A stretch of DNA of 63,891 bases, counting the filler, from Octopus bimaculoides (taxonomy: Eukaryota): assembly GCF_001194135.2 (NCBI RefSeq). It is 9 parts of 9 records of this genome, joined end to end, with 100 filler letters (N's around TTAATTAATTAA, not from the genome) between each part and the next. Parts side by side here need not be neighbours in the genome. Positions count along the whole stretch, not along the records: positions 21,610 to 37,452 come from NC_068998.1; positions 37,553 to 39,820 come from NW_026311115.1; 7 more parts are not named here. One strand, given 5' to 3'. Within the stretch, counting starts at the first letter, position 1. Each line of letters opens with the position of its first letter. The translations under genes and the position numbers were made by a program. This document shows, one piece after another, positions 24,572-38,719 of this stretch. Under the pieces are notes generated by a model. The model had not been told where the DNA came from. It saw only the letters and a list, made by a program, of their open reading frames with translations, and did not search any database.

Positions 24572-26042
24572 NNNNNNNNNNNNNNNNNNNNNNNNNNNNN
24601 NNNNNNNNNNNNNNNNNNNNNNNNNNNNNNNNNNNNNNNNNNNNNNNNNNNNNNNNNNNNNNNNNNNNNNNNNNNNNNNNNNNNNNNNNNNNNNNNNNNN
24701 NNNNNNNNNNNNNNNNNNNNNNNNNNNNNNNNNNNNNNNNNNNNNNNNNNNNNNNNNNNNNNNNNNNNNNNNNNNNNNNNNNNNNNNNNNNNNNNNNNNN
24801 NNNNNNNNNNNNNNNNNNNNNNNNNNNNNNNNNNNNNNNNNNNNNNNNNNNNNNNNNNNNNNNNNNNNNNNNNNNNNNNNNNNNNNNNNNNNNNNNNNNN
24901 NNNNNNNNNNNNNNNNNNNNNNNNNNNNNNNNNNNNNNNNNNNNNNNNNNNNNNNNNNNNNNNNNNNNNNNNNNNNNNNNNNNNNNNNNNNNNNNNNNNN
25001 NNNNNNNNNNNNNNNNNNNNNNNNNNNNNNNNNNNNNNNNNNNNNNNNNNNNNNNNNNNNNNNNNNNNNNNNNNNNNNNNNNNNNNNNNNNNNNNNNNNN
25101 NNNNNNNNNNNNNNNNNNTGTATGTACTTTCCTTTTGCTAAACAATTACTACATAAAGTGCATATTTTCATATCTTTTACTATTTGGATGTTGCTCTGGC
25201 TGCCATTTGTTGGTCGCTTGATATAAATACAAATAATCGATGTCATAAAAACATAAACTTTGAGAAAAAAACGTGAAATAATTCTTTATTGGAACAGTGG
25301 ATCTCGAAGCGGATAAATGGCTTTAAAACCGTATATTCACACTCTATAATTTGCAGCTTTATCCTCCGCTTCATGTTAAACCGTTCCTAAAAAGAATTAT
25401 ACATATGAATGTTCAAACCGAGGTTTAGATATGCCGCCATTTGCTATTTACTCGGTGTGTTTTGTTCTCCATCGCTTCGTTGTTTTCTGCTCCTTAACGT
25501 ACTTAGTTTCCGTAATATATCCATTCTTTTCTAAATTCTATTTCATTTTCTGATATTTTGCTAATATATTTTTATATTCGGTATTGCTGCTGCTGCTGCT
25601 GCAACTGTTATTTTTGATGGTATTGTTACACATATATAACAAGATATTTTCATCAGTATTTATATAACACTATTTATTATGTATTAAATAGAGACGGGCT
25701 GAATTTTTCGATTTAATTTATCTGGAATGTAGGGGAGAAGTTGTCATACCTAGTATACATACATACATACATATACATATATACATTTATACCTACAACA
25801 CGCACATATACGTGTGTGTGAGTGTGTATATACATATGTATTAACACATATATATATACATACATATTTATACGTGTGCGTATACATATATATGTCATAT
25901 ATCTCATTAAAGTATGTTTATATATAGATATGTATTATGTAAACATCTGCATGTATGTATATATCTATATAATACATCTATACAGTTATAGACATGCATA
26001 CGCATACCTGCAAACACTCATCTGTTACATGTTATAGATGTC

Positions 26043-26112
<70 letters not shown>

Positions 26113-27076
26113 NNNNNNNNNNNNNNNNNNNNNNNNNNNNNNNNNNNNNNNNNNNNNNNNNNNNNNNNNNNNNNNNNNNNNNNNNNNNNNNNNNNNNNNN
26201 NNNNNNNNNNNNNNNNNNNNNNNNNNNNNNNNNNNNNNNNNNNNNNNNNNNNNNNNNNNNNNNNNNNNNNNNNNNNNNNNNNNNNNNNNNNNNNNNNNNN
26301 NNNNNNNNNNNNNNNNNNNNNNNNNNNNNNNNNNNNNNNNNNNNNNNNNNNNNNNNNNNNNNNNNNNNNNNNNNNNNNNNNNNNNNNNNNNNNNNNNNNN
26401 NNNNNNNNNNNNNNNNNNNNNNNNNNNNNNNNNNNNNNNNNNNNNNNNNNNNNNNNNNNNNNNNNNNNNNNNNNNNNNNNNNNNNNNNNNNNNNNNNNNN
26501 NNNNNNNNNNNNNNNNNNNNNNNNNNNNNNNNNNNNNNNNNNNNNNNNNNNNNNNNNNNNNNNNNNNNNNNNNNNNNNNNNNNNNNNNNNNNNNNNNNNN
26601 NNNNNNNNNNNNNNNNNNNNNNNNNNNNNNNNNNNNNNNNNNNNNNNNNNNNNNNNNNNNNNNNNNNNNNNNNNNNNNNNNNNNNNNNNNNNNNNNNNNN
26701 NNNNNNNNNNNNNNNNNNNNNNNNNNNNNNNNNNNNNNNNNNNNNNNNNNNNNNNNNNNNNNNNNNNNNNNNNNNNNNNNNNNNNNNNNNNNNNNNNNNN
26801 NNNNNNNNNNNNNNNNNNNNNNNNNNNNNNNNNNNNNNNNNNNNNNNNNNNNNNNNNNNNNNNNNNNNNNNNNNNNNNNNNNNNNNNNNNNNNNNNNNNN
26901 NNNNNNNNNNNNNNNNNNNNNNNNNNNNNNNNNNNNNNNNNNNNNNNNNNNNNNNNNNNNNNNNNNNNNNNNNNNNNNNNNNNNNNNNNNNNNNNNNNNN
27001 NNNNNNNNNNNNNNNNNNNNNNNNNNNNNNNNNNNNNNNNNNNNNNNNNNNNNNNNNNNNNNNNNNNNNNNNNNNN

Positions 27077-27117
<41 letters not shown>

Positions 27118-27849
27118 TGTGTGTGTGTGTGTATGTATATAATATACACACACTCATGCATACACACATACATATATATGCATATATACAAATACGTACA
27201 TATATATATGTGGGTGGGGTAGTATGTATATACATCTATCTATCTATCTATCTATCTCTGTGTGTATGTGTTCGTGCGTGCGTGTGTGGAGCTGATATTT
27301 GTGTTTGTGTAGTTGTGTTTGTATAGTATTATATTTTCTGAACTACATACGAGTAACTTTCATACATATGTGGTTATGTGTGTTAGTGTTCTTGTGTGTA
27401 TGCGTGTATGTCTAATCTTTTTTTGCTTCGTTAAAGCTGTATGCACTTTACTATGTAACATTAAACTTTATTAAGAATGTTCATATATCACTATGCAAAT
27501 GTAAGCTTTTCTAATTTCGTGTTCCAGTCTATGTACTTCTGAGAAATTATCTATAACATTATGCTGATTACTTGTATAGTTGTTTTCTTGTGTATATAAG
27601 TGTTTGAAACTCTGTATCTGTGTGTGTGTGTGTGTGTGTGTTTGAGTGGTTTTGTTTTGGTTATACTTGTATGCACATGCGTGTACCATTTACTTCATTG
27701 TCAAAGTGCGAGGAGGCAACGTCCCGGAAGCAGTGAGAGAGGGGTTCAAGTTCAGCCGCCAAACGTTAGAAGATCGCTTTGGAACTCCATTATAGCCTAG
27801 GTGTTGCTCTAGCATGGTCGCAGTCCGATATTTGAAAGCTGTAATGCAT

Positions 27850-28002
27850 TAAAGACCTTGAGAGGGGGAGGGAGTAAGAGAATGAGAGAGAATGAGTGAG
27901 TAAGTGAAAGAGTGAGAGAAAGAATGAGTGAATAAGACAGTAAGAGAGTGAGAGAGAGGAAAGAATAAGAGAATGAGAAAGTGAGAGAATGATTGAGCTG
28001 GG

Positions 28003-28054
<52 letters not shown>

Positions 28055-28255
28055 CTGAGTAATGAGGTGAGAAAGGGAGAGAATAATTGAGTGACTGAGA
28101 GAGTAAGTGCGTAACAGAGTGAGAAAGAGAGAGAGAGGGGGAAAGTAAGAGTGAGGTAGTGAGTGAATGAAAGAATAAGTGAGCAAGTGAGAGAGTGAGA
28201 AAGAATGAGTAAGAGAGTGAATGACTGAGTGAGAGGGTGAGTGAGTGAGTGCAAC
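27850..28255. repeat. GA-rich low-complexity tract
   Basis: Degenerate (GA)n/(GAGT)n. Similar CT/GA tracts at 30800-31130 and 33880-34300. Confidence 0.9.
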
Positions 28256-28547
28256 ATGTCAGTATATTTGCCCCGAGTTCTCTATACCCCTGGGTAAGAA
28301 ACACATTATTAGGCAATTAGATTTCCAGCCGAGCGCCAATATTTTGCTGACAAATTAGATATATCACGTGGTTACGTTTGGAAATTAACATCTTCGTATT
28401 AGAAGCGGGTGGCCAGCGGCTGTTCTGGTACTGGCTGTTGTTGTTGATGATGATGCTACTGCTGCTGCTGATGATGATGGTGATGATGTTGTTTCTGATA
28501 ACTCTAATGTAAGGGGGCGGGAGTGAGTGGACAGTAATATTACTTAC

Positions 28548-28578
<31 letters not shown>

Positions 28579-28991
28579 GGCCTTGTATGTAATACACAGA
28601 AGTAATCTTGTATAAACGGAGATCCGAATCTGACAGGTTCAGTTTTTCTGTGTATAAATATTTGAATGTGTGCTTATGTGTGTGTGTACATACACATACA
28701 CACATGCTTAAGTATAAACATATACATACTTATATGTATCATATATACACATATGCACAAGCATGTACGTGTGTGTGTATGTATCGGTTTGTATATATGT
28801 ATATATTCATGTGCGTGCGTGTGTCTGTTTTGTATGAATTTTGTGCTCAGTAACGGATTTCCATATGTATATCTAAGAAAAGATGTGTTCCTCCAGTATG
28901 ACAGCATATGGTAGCCGATGACCGTAGAGCAGCTTTGAAGTGCACGCTATGAAGTTATTGCCCAGATAATATTAAATATAAATACATAAAT

Positions 28992-29074
<83 letters not shown>

Positions 29075-29113
29075 TATATATATAAAGAGACATAGACAGA
29101 TAGATACATAGAC

Positions 29114-29183
<70 letters not shown>

Positions 29184-29630
29184 GTAGATCATCACCATCC
29201 TCGATTCGGGTGGCTTTCCAGACATATGTATCTCTTCTGCGCCAGATATCCTAAGCGAGGAATACGACATAAGCGTCTGATTTGAGTTTTTGTCACATTG
29301 GTCTTCCATTTGCTCAAATATCTCATCTGCGCACGCCATAACGACAGACGATAGCAACAGTTTACTAACTGAATTGGTTGATCCTAGTCGTTGTCACTTT
29401 GTTGTCTGTTCATTCGATCAGCATCCAGTGATATTCACCACTGGTTCAATAAGATTCATTTGCCGAAATAGTTCACATCCACCGCGTTGTATCCCGGGGG
29501 TTTCAACGCAATCTTGGCTGGCGTGGTTACCGGGTGCTAGCCCTTGCCGAGGAACCACCTGTGTTCTGGACCTGAGCTGTTTATTTCCATCTTCACAGCT
29601 GACCCCTATTTGCATGTTAATTTATTCATA

Positions 29631-29873
29631 GTGAGACCCCTAACAGGTACAACAACTCCGAATCAGAGTTCGCCCGGCAACAATAGTAAAATATAAAGAT
29701 AGGATAAAAGACCCTTCCTGAGGGCCGGTTTCCCGGTTTCCGGCTGAGTGAACTGTAGCAACGTGAAATGAAGTGTTTTGCTTGAGAACACAACGCGTCA
29801 CCCGGTCCAGGAATCGAAACCACAATCTTACGATCATAAGTCCAACAGACTAACCACTAAGCCACGCGCTTCC
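29631..29873 (-). mobile_element. tRNA-derived SINE (D-related head)
   Basis: Reverse complement starts ggaagcgcgtggcttagtggttag...gtggtttcgattcctggaccgg; same head as 61233. Confidence 0.75.
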
Positions 29874-30037
29874 ACTAGGAACAAAATTAGCTAAGATGTG
29901 GTTCCACAGCCTTCAAAACTCTAGAACACCCGAACCAAGGTCCCCGTTTTTTTTAATAGACAGATATAAATAGCCTTTTTTGGTTACAAAAAAAAAAAAG
30001 CGAAATCAGCCGCAGTTTCATTCCTTTTCCTCGTTAT

Positions 30038-30262
30038 TTAACCCTCGGACATTCAGATTACTCGGTCAAAGGTGATGATTATTGATTGACATTTGGAATT
30101 AGTCATGCGCTATATCGTACCTTTGAGACTTCAGTGGTGTGGTTGTTTAGTCTTAGAATGACATTGTAGGGTAGGTGTAAGAGGCTGGATCTGGCCAGTT
30201 TGAACATAAGACATGTAAAATACTAGAGCCAGAAGTGGTCGGTTTAAATGCAAAAGAGTTAA
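30038..30262. mobile_element. TTAA-bounded piggyBac-like MITE
   Basis: TTAAccctcggacattcagatt...tttaaatgcaaaagagTTAA; homologous copy at 60375-60591; TIR fragment near 11937. Confidence 0.7.
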
Positions 30263-32169
30263 TCGACATTTCTTAGATACATTATGGCAATCAGCTTACG
30301 AAAGAGCCTCTACGTGGCGGACTGGGCGTCAAGAAATAGCAGCCAGAAGTCTTACTTCTTATTACATAATACGGCATGCAAACACCCTGTTGTGCAAGCA
30401 TGCGTATGTTTTAACACGACGCGCATAGCATTTAACTAGTGACTGTTAAATGCTTACAGACATGTATAAAGGCGATATTTAGAGAAACATTAACGTCAGC
30501 TCATTTCTCGAAATCGTTTTGGGGAAAGATAAATGATCGGATAACAACCACAGCGCAATGATTCGGTGCACCGTGGTCATTTGGTACATCGGTGAAGGCT
30601 GCAGTTGTCTTTTCTTTGTTGTTGGTGGTGGTGGTGGTGGCGTCGTGGTGCAGTTAGTTATCTTTTCCATGTTGGTAAGGGAGAGAAGTAACAGCTTGGC
30701 AAGCGTAAGGTTAAGGCGTTCCATGTTGCTTTCTATTAGCTTAGTTTACATGACTGCATCGCCACCAGGCGTCGGTTATTTAGTTGGGATATCACGCTGC
30801 ATCTCTCTCTCTCTCTCTCTCTCTATCTCTGTCTTTATCTCTTTTTCTCTCTTTGCCTCCCTATCACTCGCTCTCTCCCTATCTCTTCCTCTCCACACCA
30901 CCTCTCTCTCCCTCACTCTCACTTTCGTTCTTTGTGTTTCTCGCTCTCATTCACCCGCTCTTTCTCTGCCCTCCCTCCCTCTCCTTTTGTCTCTGTCTCC
31001 CCTCTCTCTCCATCTCTCTCCCTCCCTCCCTCTCACTGTCACTCTATCTCCTTTCTCTTTCTCTCCCCTCTCCCTCTCCCTCCCATCTCTCTCTCTCTCT
31101 TCCTCTCTCCCTGCTACCACCTTGTGCATTTATCCACCACGTATCGTTACACTTCAGCCCATCGCCTCCTCATCTTTCCCTCATCAACGTCGCGGCCAGC
31201 TCCAGCAACAGCTACGTCACAATCACAACTCGTCCCATCGCTCGTACGTAATGGCACCAACGCCCTTACCACCACAAACATAGTCTAACACTTCCATCAA
31301 CCGCGAAACTACTCCCGCCACCACCGCCGCTACCACCACCAATAAGAAGCAAAATAATGGCGAGGGTTGCTTAATCTGCTAGATATAACAGTCAAATCTC
31401 CCTAATTGAACACATTCTGCAATAATAAGGAATCAATACGTTAGAACACGAAGCGGCCGAAATGGGGGTCCTTCGAATGTTCTTTGGAGGAACGTTACAC
31501 GATAGGGGGCGCGATTTGGGGTTCAGAGGATCTCTCCAGGACAAGCCGCTACTACTCTGCGTTGAGGGCTCACAGACTCGGTACTATGGACGTGATTAGA
31601 TCGCTAACACCACCAAGAACAACAAGGACAACAGCAACAACAACAACAAAAATAGCAACTACTACTACCACCACCACCACTAACAACACCACCACCACCT
31701 CATTGCCATCCCCAGCAAACATCACCACAACTACCAGCAGCAGCAGCAGCAACAATATCAACATCAACAACACCTCCACCATCAACACCGCCACCACCAC
31801 AGCCAACGGCACATGTCAAATCTATACAGCATGAGCGAACAGGTGAATGTAAAAGGTGTGAATCTATTAAAAGTATATTGGCAAATATTCAGACACACCA
31901 CTACCACCACCACCACTAACAACACCACCACCACCTCATTGCCATCCCCAGCAAACATCACCACAANNNNNNNNNNACCACCACCACCACAACCACCACA
32001 ACCACCACCGCCACCTCCTCCTCCTCTCTTCGACAGATTCATATGTTACATGAGTTACCAGCTATACGCCATCGAAACAAATGTAAACTGCGGAATGAAT
32101 GTAATAGCAACGAACGCATTCTTCACTAATTATACGTGTGTGTATGTGTGTATGTATGTATATATGTAT

Positions 32170-32300
32170 GTATACGACGGGTTTCTTTCAGTTTCCTTGT
32201 ACAAATTCTCAAAAGGCTTTGGTTGGCCCGTGGCCATAGTAGAAGACACTTTCCCAAGGTGCCACGCAATGGGACTAAACTCGGAACCATATGGCTACGC
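32170..32300 (-). mobile_element. Family A SINE 5' half
   Basis: gacgggtttctttcagtttcc...agaagacactttcccaaggtgccacgca. Confidence 0.85.
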
Positions 32301-32955
32301 ACCCATGCATGCACGCACTAACACTCACACACATAGATCCCTCGATCTATACACACACAAAAAAAAACAGACTGTCTGCGCAGGCAGACAGAAATATTCA
32401 AAGAGGCAAATAGGTGCGTTCACAGATGCATCTGTGTGTGCGTGTGTGATTGTATGTGTGTGTGTGTGCGTGTGTATGTGAATGCGCATGTAATTGTACA
32501 TCTGTGCGTGGGTGATTCTGTGTGTGTGCGTGAGTGTATATGTGTGTGTCTGTTCCTATAGGTCGTTAAGAGTAAGTGATGACGTAACGAGGGTAACGAT
32601 CTCTAATAGCAAACATTTGAAATTAATTATGTTCCAAAGTCACCCATTTGATGAAATTCTACCACGCTTTTTGCATCGCTTCACCAATTCTCAGAACGCA
32701 CCTGGATTACGTTTTGCCGCACCAACAACACTTTCTGCCTTCCTTCTGTCTGACGGTCTGTCTGCCTGCCTCTGTCTGTCTGACGGTCTGTCTGCCTGCC
32801 TCTGTCTGTCTGTCTCTCTCTGTCTCTCTCTGTCTCTCTCTCTCCCTGTATGTACGTACACATACGCTTTCCAAATGTGCGCATATCTGTGAGAATGTAC
32901 TAGCGTGTGTGTCGGTATATATGGGAGTGAAAGTGTACATGTGTGCGCGTATGTA

Positions 32956-33009
<54 letters not shown>

Positions 33010-33069
33010 AATGAAGGATTCTCTCTGCTTGTCCTGCTAGGAATAACAGTCAAATATAAAATTCTAATT

Positions 33070-33432
33070 GAGCTTGCTTACCAGCCACATGGTTCCGGGT
33101 TCAGTCCCACTGCGTGGCACCTTGGGCAAGTGTCTTCTACTATAGCCTCGGGCCGACCAAAGCCTTGTGAGTGGATTTGGTAGACGGAAACTGAAAGAAG
33201 CCCGTCGTATATATGTATGTGTTTGTGTGTCTGTGTTTGTCCCCCCACCATCGCTTGACAACCGATGCTGGTGTGTTTACGTCCCCGTAACTTAGTGGTT
33301 CGGCAAAAAGAGACCGATAGAATAAGTACTAGGCTTACAAAGAATAAGTCCTGGGGTCGATTTTCTCGACTAAAGGCGGTGCTCCAGCATGGCCGCAGTC
33401 AAATGACTGAAACAAGTAAAAGAGTAAAAGAG
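33070..33432 (+). mobile_element. Family A SINE, young near-full copy
   Basis: tRNA-like head ggttccgggttcagtccc, CORE-like ccttgggcaag, internal microsatellite, (GAGTAAAA)n tail. Confidence 0.95.
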
Positions 33433-33896
33433 TATAGATATAACTTTTTATTAAATCAAAAGATGCGAATGAAACACAACACAACGTGCGGTTGTCATGG
33501 TAACAAGCTGTTAATGCCTCCCTGTCTGTTGATTGGCTAAAATTACCCAAATTTTCCTAACTTTAATTCCAAATAACCTCAGATTCTTTAATTTACGAGA
33601 TAAAAGTAATTGGTTGATCGCAATCAAAATTCAGAGTTGCAAATATTACACCAAAATTGAAAGCAATCTGAGCAAAATTAAAGGGGTCTCATTACGAATG
33701 AGGAAGACTAGATCCATCTCTCTGCGACCGTCACCTCTCCGCTTCTGCTAGAAATGGCAGTAACTGACTACAACAAGAATTACACGTTTTCAGGAACCAG
33801 TTTCATATTTCTTCGGTTTTATATCGCGAAATTCAGTTTTCGAAATCTAAGTTGTCGAAAGGAGAGATAGAGGTAGAGAGATAGATACAAAGGTAG

Positions 33897-33963
<67 letters not shown>

Positions 33964-34110
33964 CGGAAAAGAAAGAGGGAAATAGGGAAGTAAAACGATA
34001 GATAGATAAATAGAGAGGGGGGGGGAGACAGATACAAAGGTAGAGAAATAAAGAGAGAGAGTGAGAGAGAGAGAAAAGCGGAAAAGAAAGAGAGAAATAG
34101 GGAGGTAATG

Positions 34111-34141
<31 letters not shown>

Positions 34142-34977
34142 TCGATAGATAGATAGATAGATAAAAAAGAGAGAGAGAGGGAGAGAGAGGGAGGAAAGAG
34201 AGATGTATAGAAAGATTGATAGGGAGGGAAATATAAAAACAGATACATAGCTAAGTAGGTAGATAGATAGATAAATAGGGAGAGAGAGGGGTGAGGGAAA
34301 GTGTGATGAAAGATGATAATATTAAGCGATGCCCTGAAACAAAGTGAAAAATTTAATCAGAAACCATTTCTCATTGTTTAGTGGAATCTTGTTTTAACTT
34401 TTAACAATGACGACAGAAATGATCGCCATGATGATAATAAGGAGGGGTGTGGGTGGGGATGGGGGGAGGGGATAACGGTGGTGGTGGTGGTGGTGGTGGT
34501 GATGTCAGTGGAAGTGGTGGTGTTGACGGGTTGCTGATAGTGAAAGTGTGTGGGTGGTAGTAGTGATGGTGGCACAACAGTAGTGGCGGTGGCAGCTGTT
34601 GCGGTGGGACGGAGGTGGTTTGAAAGTATATTGTTGTAGTTGCGGTGGTAGTTTTGCTATTAGTTGTGATGGCGATTGAGATATCGGTGTCTGTGGTGGT
34701 GGCAATAGTAACAGTGGTGGTAGCAGCAGCAGCAGCAAAAGTAGTAGTAATAGTTGTAGTACTAGTATTAGTAGTAGTAGTGGTGGTGGTAGTAGAAGTA
34801 GTAGTAGTTGTTGCTGCTGTCGTGGTGGTGGTGGTGAAAATACTAATCTAGACTGAGTCTTTGATTATAGGTCTGCTTGCTCATCAGTGACCTGGGGTTA
34901 AACAACAAGAACACATACTATACATGCGCTCGTATATACACACAGACACATACACACACATGCATACATACATACAT

Positions 34978-35038
<61 letters not shown>

Positions 35039-36729
35039 TNNNNNNNNNNNNNNNNNNNNNNNNNNNNNNNNNNNNNNNNNNNNNNNNNNNNNNNNNNNNN
35101 NNNNNNNNNNNNNNNNNNNNNNNNNNNNNNNNNNNNNNNNNNNNNNNNNNNNNNNNNNNNNNNNNNNNNNNNNNNNNNNNNNNNNNNNNNNNNNNNNNNN
35201 NNNNNNNNNNNNNNNNNNNNNNNNNNNNNNNNNNNNNNNNNNNNNNNNNNNNNNNNNNNNNNNNNNNNNNNNNNNNNNNNNNNNNNNNNNNNNNNNNNNN
35301 NNNNNNNNNNNNNNNNNNNNNNNNNNNNNNNNNNNNNNNNNNNNNNNNNNNNNNNNNNNNNNNNNNNNNNNNNNNNNNNNNNNNNNNNNNNNNNNNNNNN
35401 NNNNNNNNNNNNNNNNNNNNNNNNNNNNNNNNNNNNNNNNNNNNNNNNNNNNNNNNNNNNNNNNNNNNNNNNNNNNNNNNNNNNNNNNNNNNNNNNNNNN
35501 NNNNNNNNNNNNNNNNNNNNNNNNNNNNNNNNNNNNNNNNNNNNNNNNNNNNNNNNNNNNNNNNNNNNNNNNNNNNNNNNNNNNNNNNNNNNNNNNNNNN
35601 NNNNNNNNNNNNNNTATATATATATATGAATGTATATGTATGTATGTACGTATGTATGTATGTAATGCACGTACGTATATATGTTATGTATGTATGCATG
35701 TATGTATGTATATGAGTATGTATGTATGTATGTATGTATATAAACCTAGTACTCCTGGCAGGCAGCTAATCACGAACTCAAAACGCTCGCCTAACCCGCT
35801 TATCTGGCATCGGCATCTCGCTTCTCTTTGAATGTTCTTTTTTTTTTGCTTTAATGTTTACGATTTTGGGTAAAATTACGATTTCCATATTTTCATTTAT
35901 TTATTCATTTATTTATTTGTTTAATTATTCAATTTCGATTCTCGGCAACGAATGGCGATGATGAATGAAGAGAACGAGATGCGATGACCGAGCTCTACTC
36001 TGGAGGTTGCTATCTCATCTTCATTTTGTTCATCTTTATCAGTGATATCGTCTTACATGTACCCCTCCCCAACCAATCCGTCACACCCGCTTCGCCATAT
36101 TTACTGTAATCCTCCTCCTCCCCTCTTCCTCCTCCTTCCCTCTTCCTCCTCCTCCTCCTTCTCCGCGTTTTCCTCTCATATCGAATAGTTGTCATAATTA
36201 AAATTAACATCATGTTCTCTTGTACCACCACCACCACCACCACCACTGTTATATTCTTTTCCCTTTCCGTCCATCTTTTCTCTCTCCCTCTTCTTGTTTC
36301 TCCTCCTCCTCCTCGTCATCATCATGATTATCGTCGTCATCATTATCATCGCAACAACAACATCAACACCTTCACCATTAACCCCACCAACCCTCCCCAC
36401 CATCGATGTCTCCACCATCATCGTCACCATCATCATAACTTTTACGACAACCACCACCACCTCCAGCACCACCAACACAACCACCACCAACACCACCTCC
36501 TCTTCTAATTCCTATTGTGTCCATTTCCTCGGGCCTCCTTAGTAACCAATATTACTCCCAATCCTTTCACCACACTATATTTCTTCCCACCACCTGGAAT
36601 CGCTTCCTTTGTTTCACAAAAAGTAACAGTTCTGGAACATAGTTTTCACCTCCCTAAACATGATAAAAAGATAGGATGGTCACGATTGGAAAGTCATTGA
36701 ACTTAGGTCCCTTCTTTTTGTTTTCTTCT

Positions 36730-37185
36730 CTAGGCACAAATCCCGAAATTTGGGGGGAGGGGGGACCAGTCAATTAACTCGACCCCAGTACGCAACTGGT
36801 ACTTAATTTATCGACCCCGAAAGGATGAAAAGCAAAGTCGAGCTCGACGGAATTTGAACCCAGAACTCGCACCACTAAGCATTTCGCCCGGCGTAGCAAA
36901 CGTTTCTGCCAGATCACCGCCTTAAATTCAGGTCCCCTTTGTCACGGATTGAGCTCTGGCCAAACAGTGGTGAAGAGCGGAATTATTTAGGCACTGGGGG
37001 AAATGCTTAGCAGCATGTTCTCTTTCTTTAGGTTCCAAGTTCAAATTCTGCCGAGGTCGGCTTTGCCTTTCATCCTTTCAGCATCGATAAAACTAGTACC
37101 AGTTGAGTTCTAGAGGTCGATGTAATCGACTTATTCCCAGCTCTAAAAGTTTCAGGCCTTGTGTCAAAATTTGAATCAATCATTA
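36730..37185. mobile_element. Head-to-head pair of family C SINEs
   Basis: Minus copy about 36730-36925, plus copy about 36965-37185. Confidence 0.85.
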
Positions 37186-37552
37186 GGCCCAGGAATGACA
37201 AAACCATCGATGGAGCCTGATTGAGGACATAATTAAATTCACTGGGAAGTATTGCAGTAGCTACAACATCGACAACAACCACCACCACAACCACCAACAA
37301 CAACAACAACAACAACAACAACAGAATCGCCTCCTGCACTACCGAAAACCAAAAAGAAGCAACCCCAACATCAGAGCCACTGCCAAATCATCACCAGCAG
37401 CAACTGCTGCAGCGAATGCAACGGCAGCAGCAGCAGCATAAGCGACTCCACCNNNNNNNNNNNNNNNNNNNNNNNNNNNNNNNNNNNNNNNNNNNNTTAA
37501 TTAATTAANNNNNNNNNNNNNNNNNNNNNNNNNNNNNNNNNNNNNNNNNNNN

Positions 37553-37812
37553 CGGAAACTGAAAGAAGCCCGTCGTATATATGTATATATATGTCTGTGT
37601 GTATATTTGTGTGCCTGTGTTTGTCCCCCTAGCATTGCTTGACAACCGATGCTGGTATGTTTATGTCCCTGTCACTTAGCGGTTCGGCAAAAGAGAAAGA
37701 TAGAATAAGTACTAGGCTTACAAAGAATAAGTCCCGGGGTCGATTTGCTCGACTAAAGGCGGTACTCCAGCATGGTCACAGTCAAATGACTGAAACAAGA
37801 GTAAATGAGTAA
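37553..37812 (+). mobile_element. Family A SINE (starts at gap)
   Basis: cggaaactgaaagaagcccgtcgta...aaatgactgaaacaag. Confidence 0.9.
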
Positions 37813-38190
37813 TAAATTAGAGAAAAAAATAAGTGAAATGTTTTGTAAATATTTCCATAGTCTTCAAATAGTTTGCCTCTCTTCCTTTGTGAATGCTTGG
37901 TAGGTAGGTAGTAGTAAATATGAAAGGATAGTTTATGCGTACAGAGAATTGATGGTTTAAGCCGGAGCAGCCGAGGGAAAAGAAGACAGTTAGCAAAGGA
38001 GGGGGGCCATTCGACACGTGAACCCAATCGAGAGAACAAGGTACAAACCGATACGAAACATACAAACTCCGAAATCGTCGAAAAACTTGGAAACTTATGC
38101 GAAGCAATTAGAACATGCTTCTGAAACAACGCGAACCAAGGGCCTTCGAACGAGGAAGCATATGGGATTAATACAATAACAACGTACCAA

Positions 38191-38625
38191 ATGAAGCACC
38201 ACATAGTACCACAATGGAACTATTCACTCAGTCATAGAAAGTTCGCCTTTTGGAAGATGATCCAAAACAACAAGGCGGATATATACGAAAAGTGGTTTAG
38301 TCGGTCACCGTTAATTCTACCCAGCAAACTCCAGATCAAAGATATAATAGATGAACCTGGGGCACAAAGACACCCTTGGTAAAGACTAGCACTGAAAAAA
38401 AATGAAGATGGAAATATAACTTCTAAGATTTAGGGCTCAGACAAACGAAGATAAAGTAAAATTCATTGATGGAGAGATCAACCAAGAAACTAACAAAATG
38501 ACACTAGTTACCGACCTAGAGAAGATCTCCAAACTATGGAGAGAAGATTGTGAAAAAGAAGAACTGAAATCCTTCCAACGCTGGGAAAAAAAGCGACACT
38601 TGGTTTTCAAATTATGAAACCGTCT
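38191..38625 (+). pseudogene. Decayed ORF, probably retroelement-derived, family unassigned
   Basis: MKHHIVPQWNYSLSHRKFAFWKMIQNNKADIYEKW...W*RLALKK, then +1 frameshift KMKMEI*LLRFRAQTNEDKVKFIDGEINQE...LWREDCEKEELKSFQRWEKK. Confidence 0.5.
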
Positions 38626-38647
38626 TTCAAACAGAATACGCTTCCAA

Positions 38648-38719
<72 letters not shown>

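Noticed and set aside
29190-29625. Unique GC-balanced stretch with 65-113 aa ORFs on both strands
   Set aside because: No recognisable motif, splice sites or consistent frame; cannot be called.
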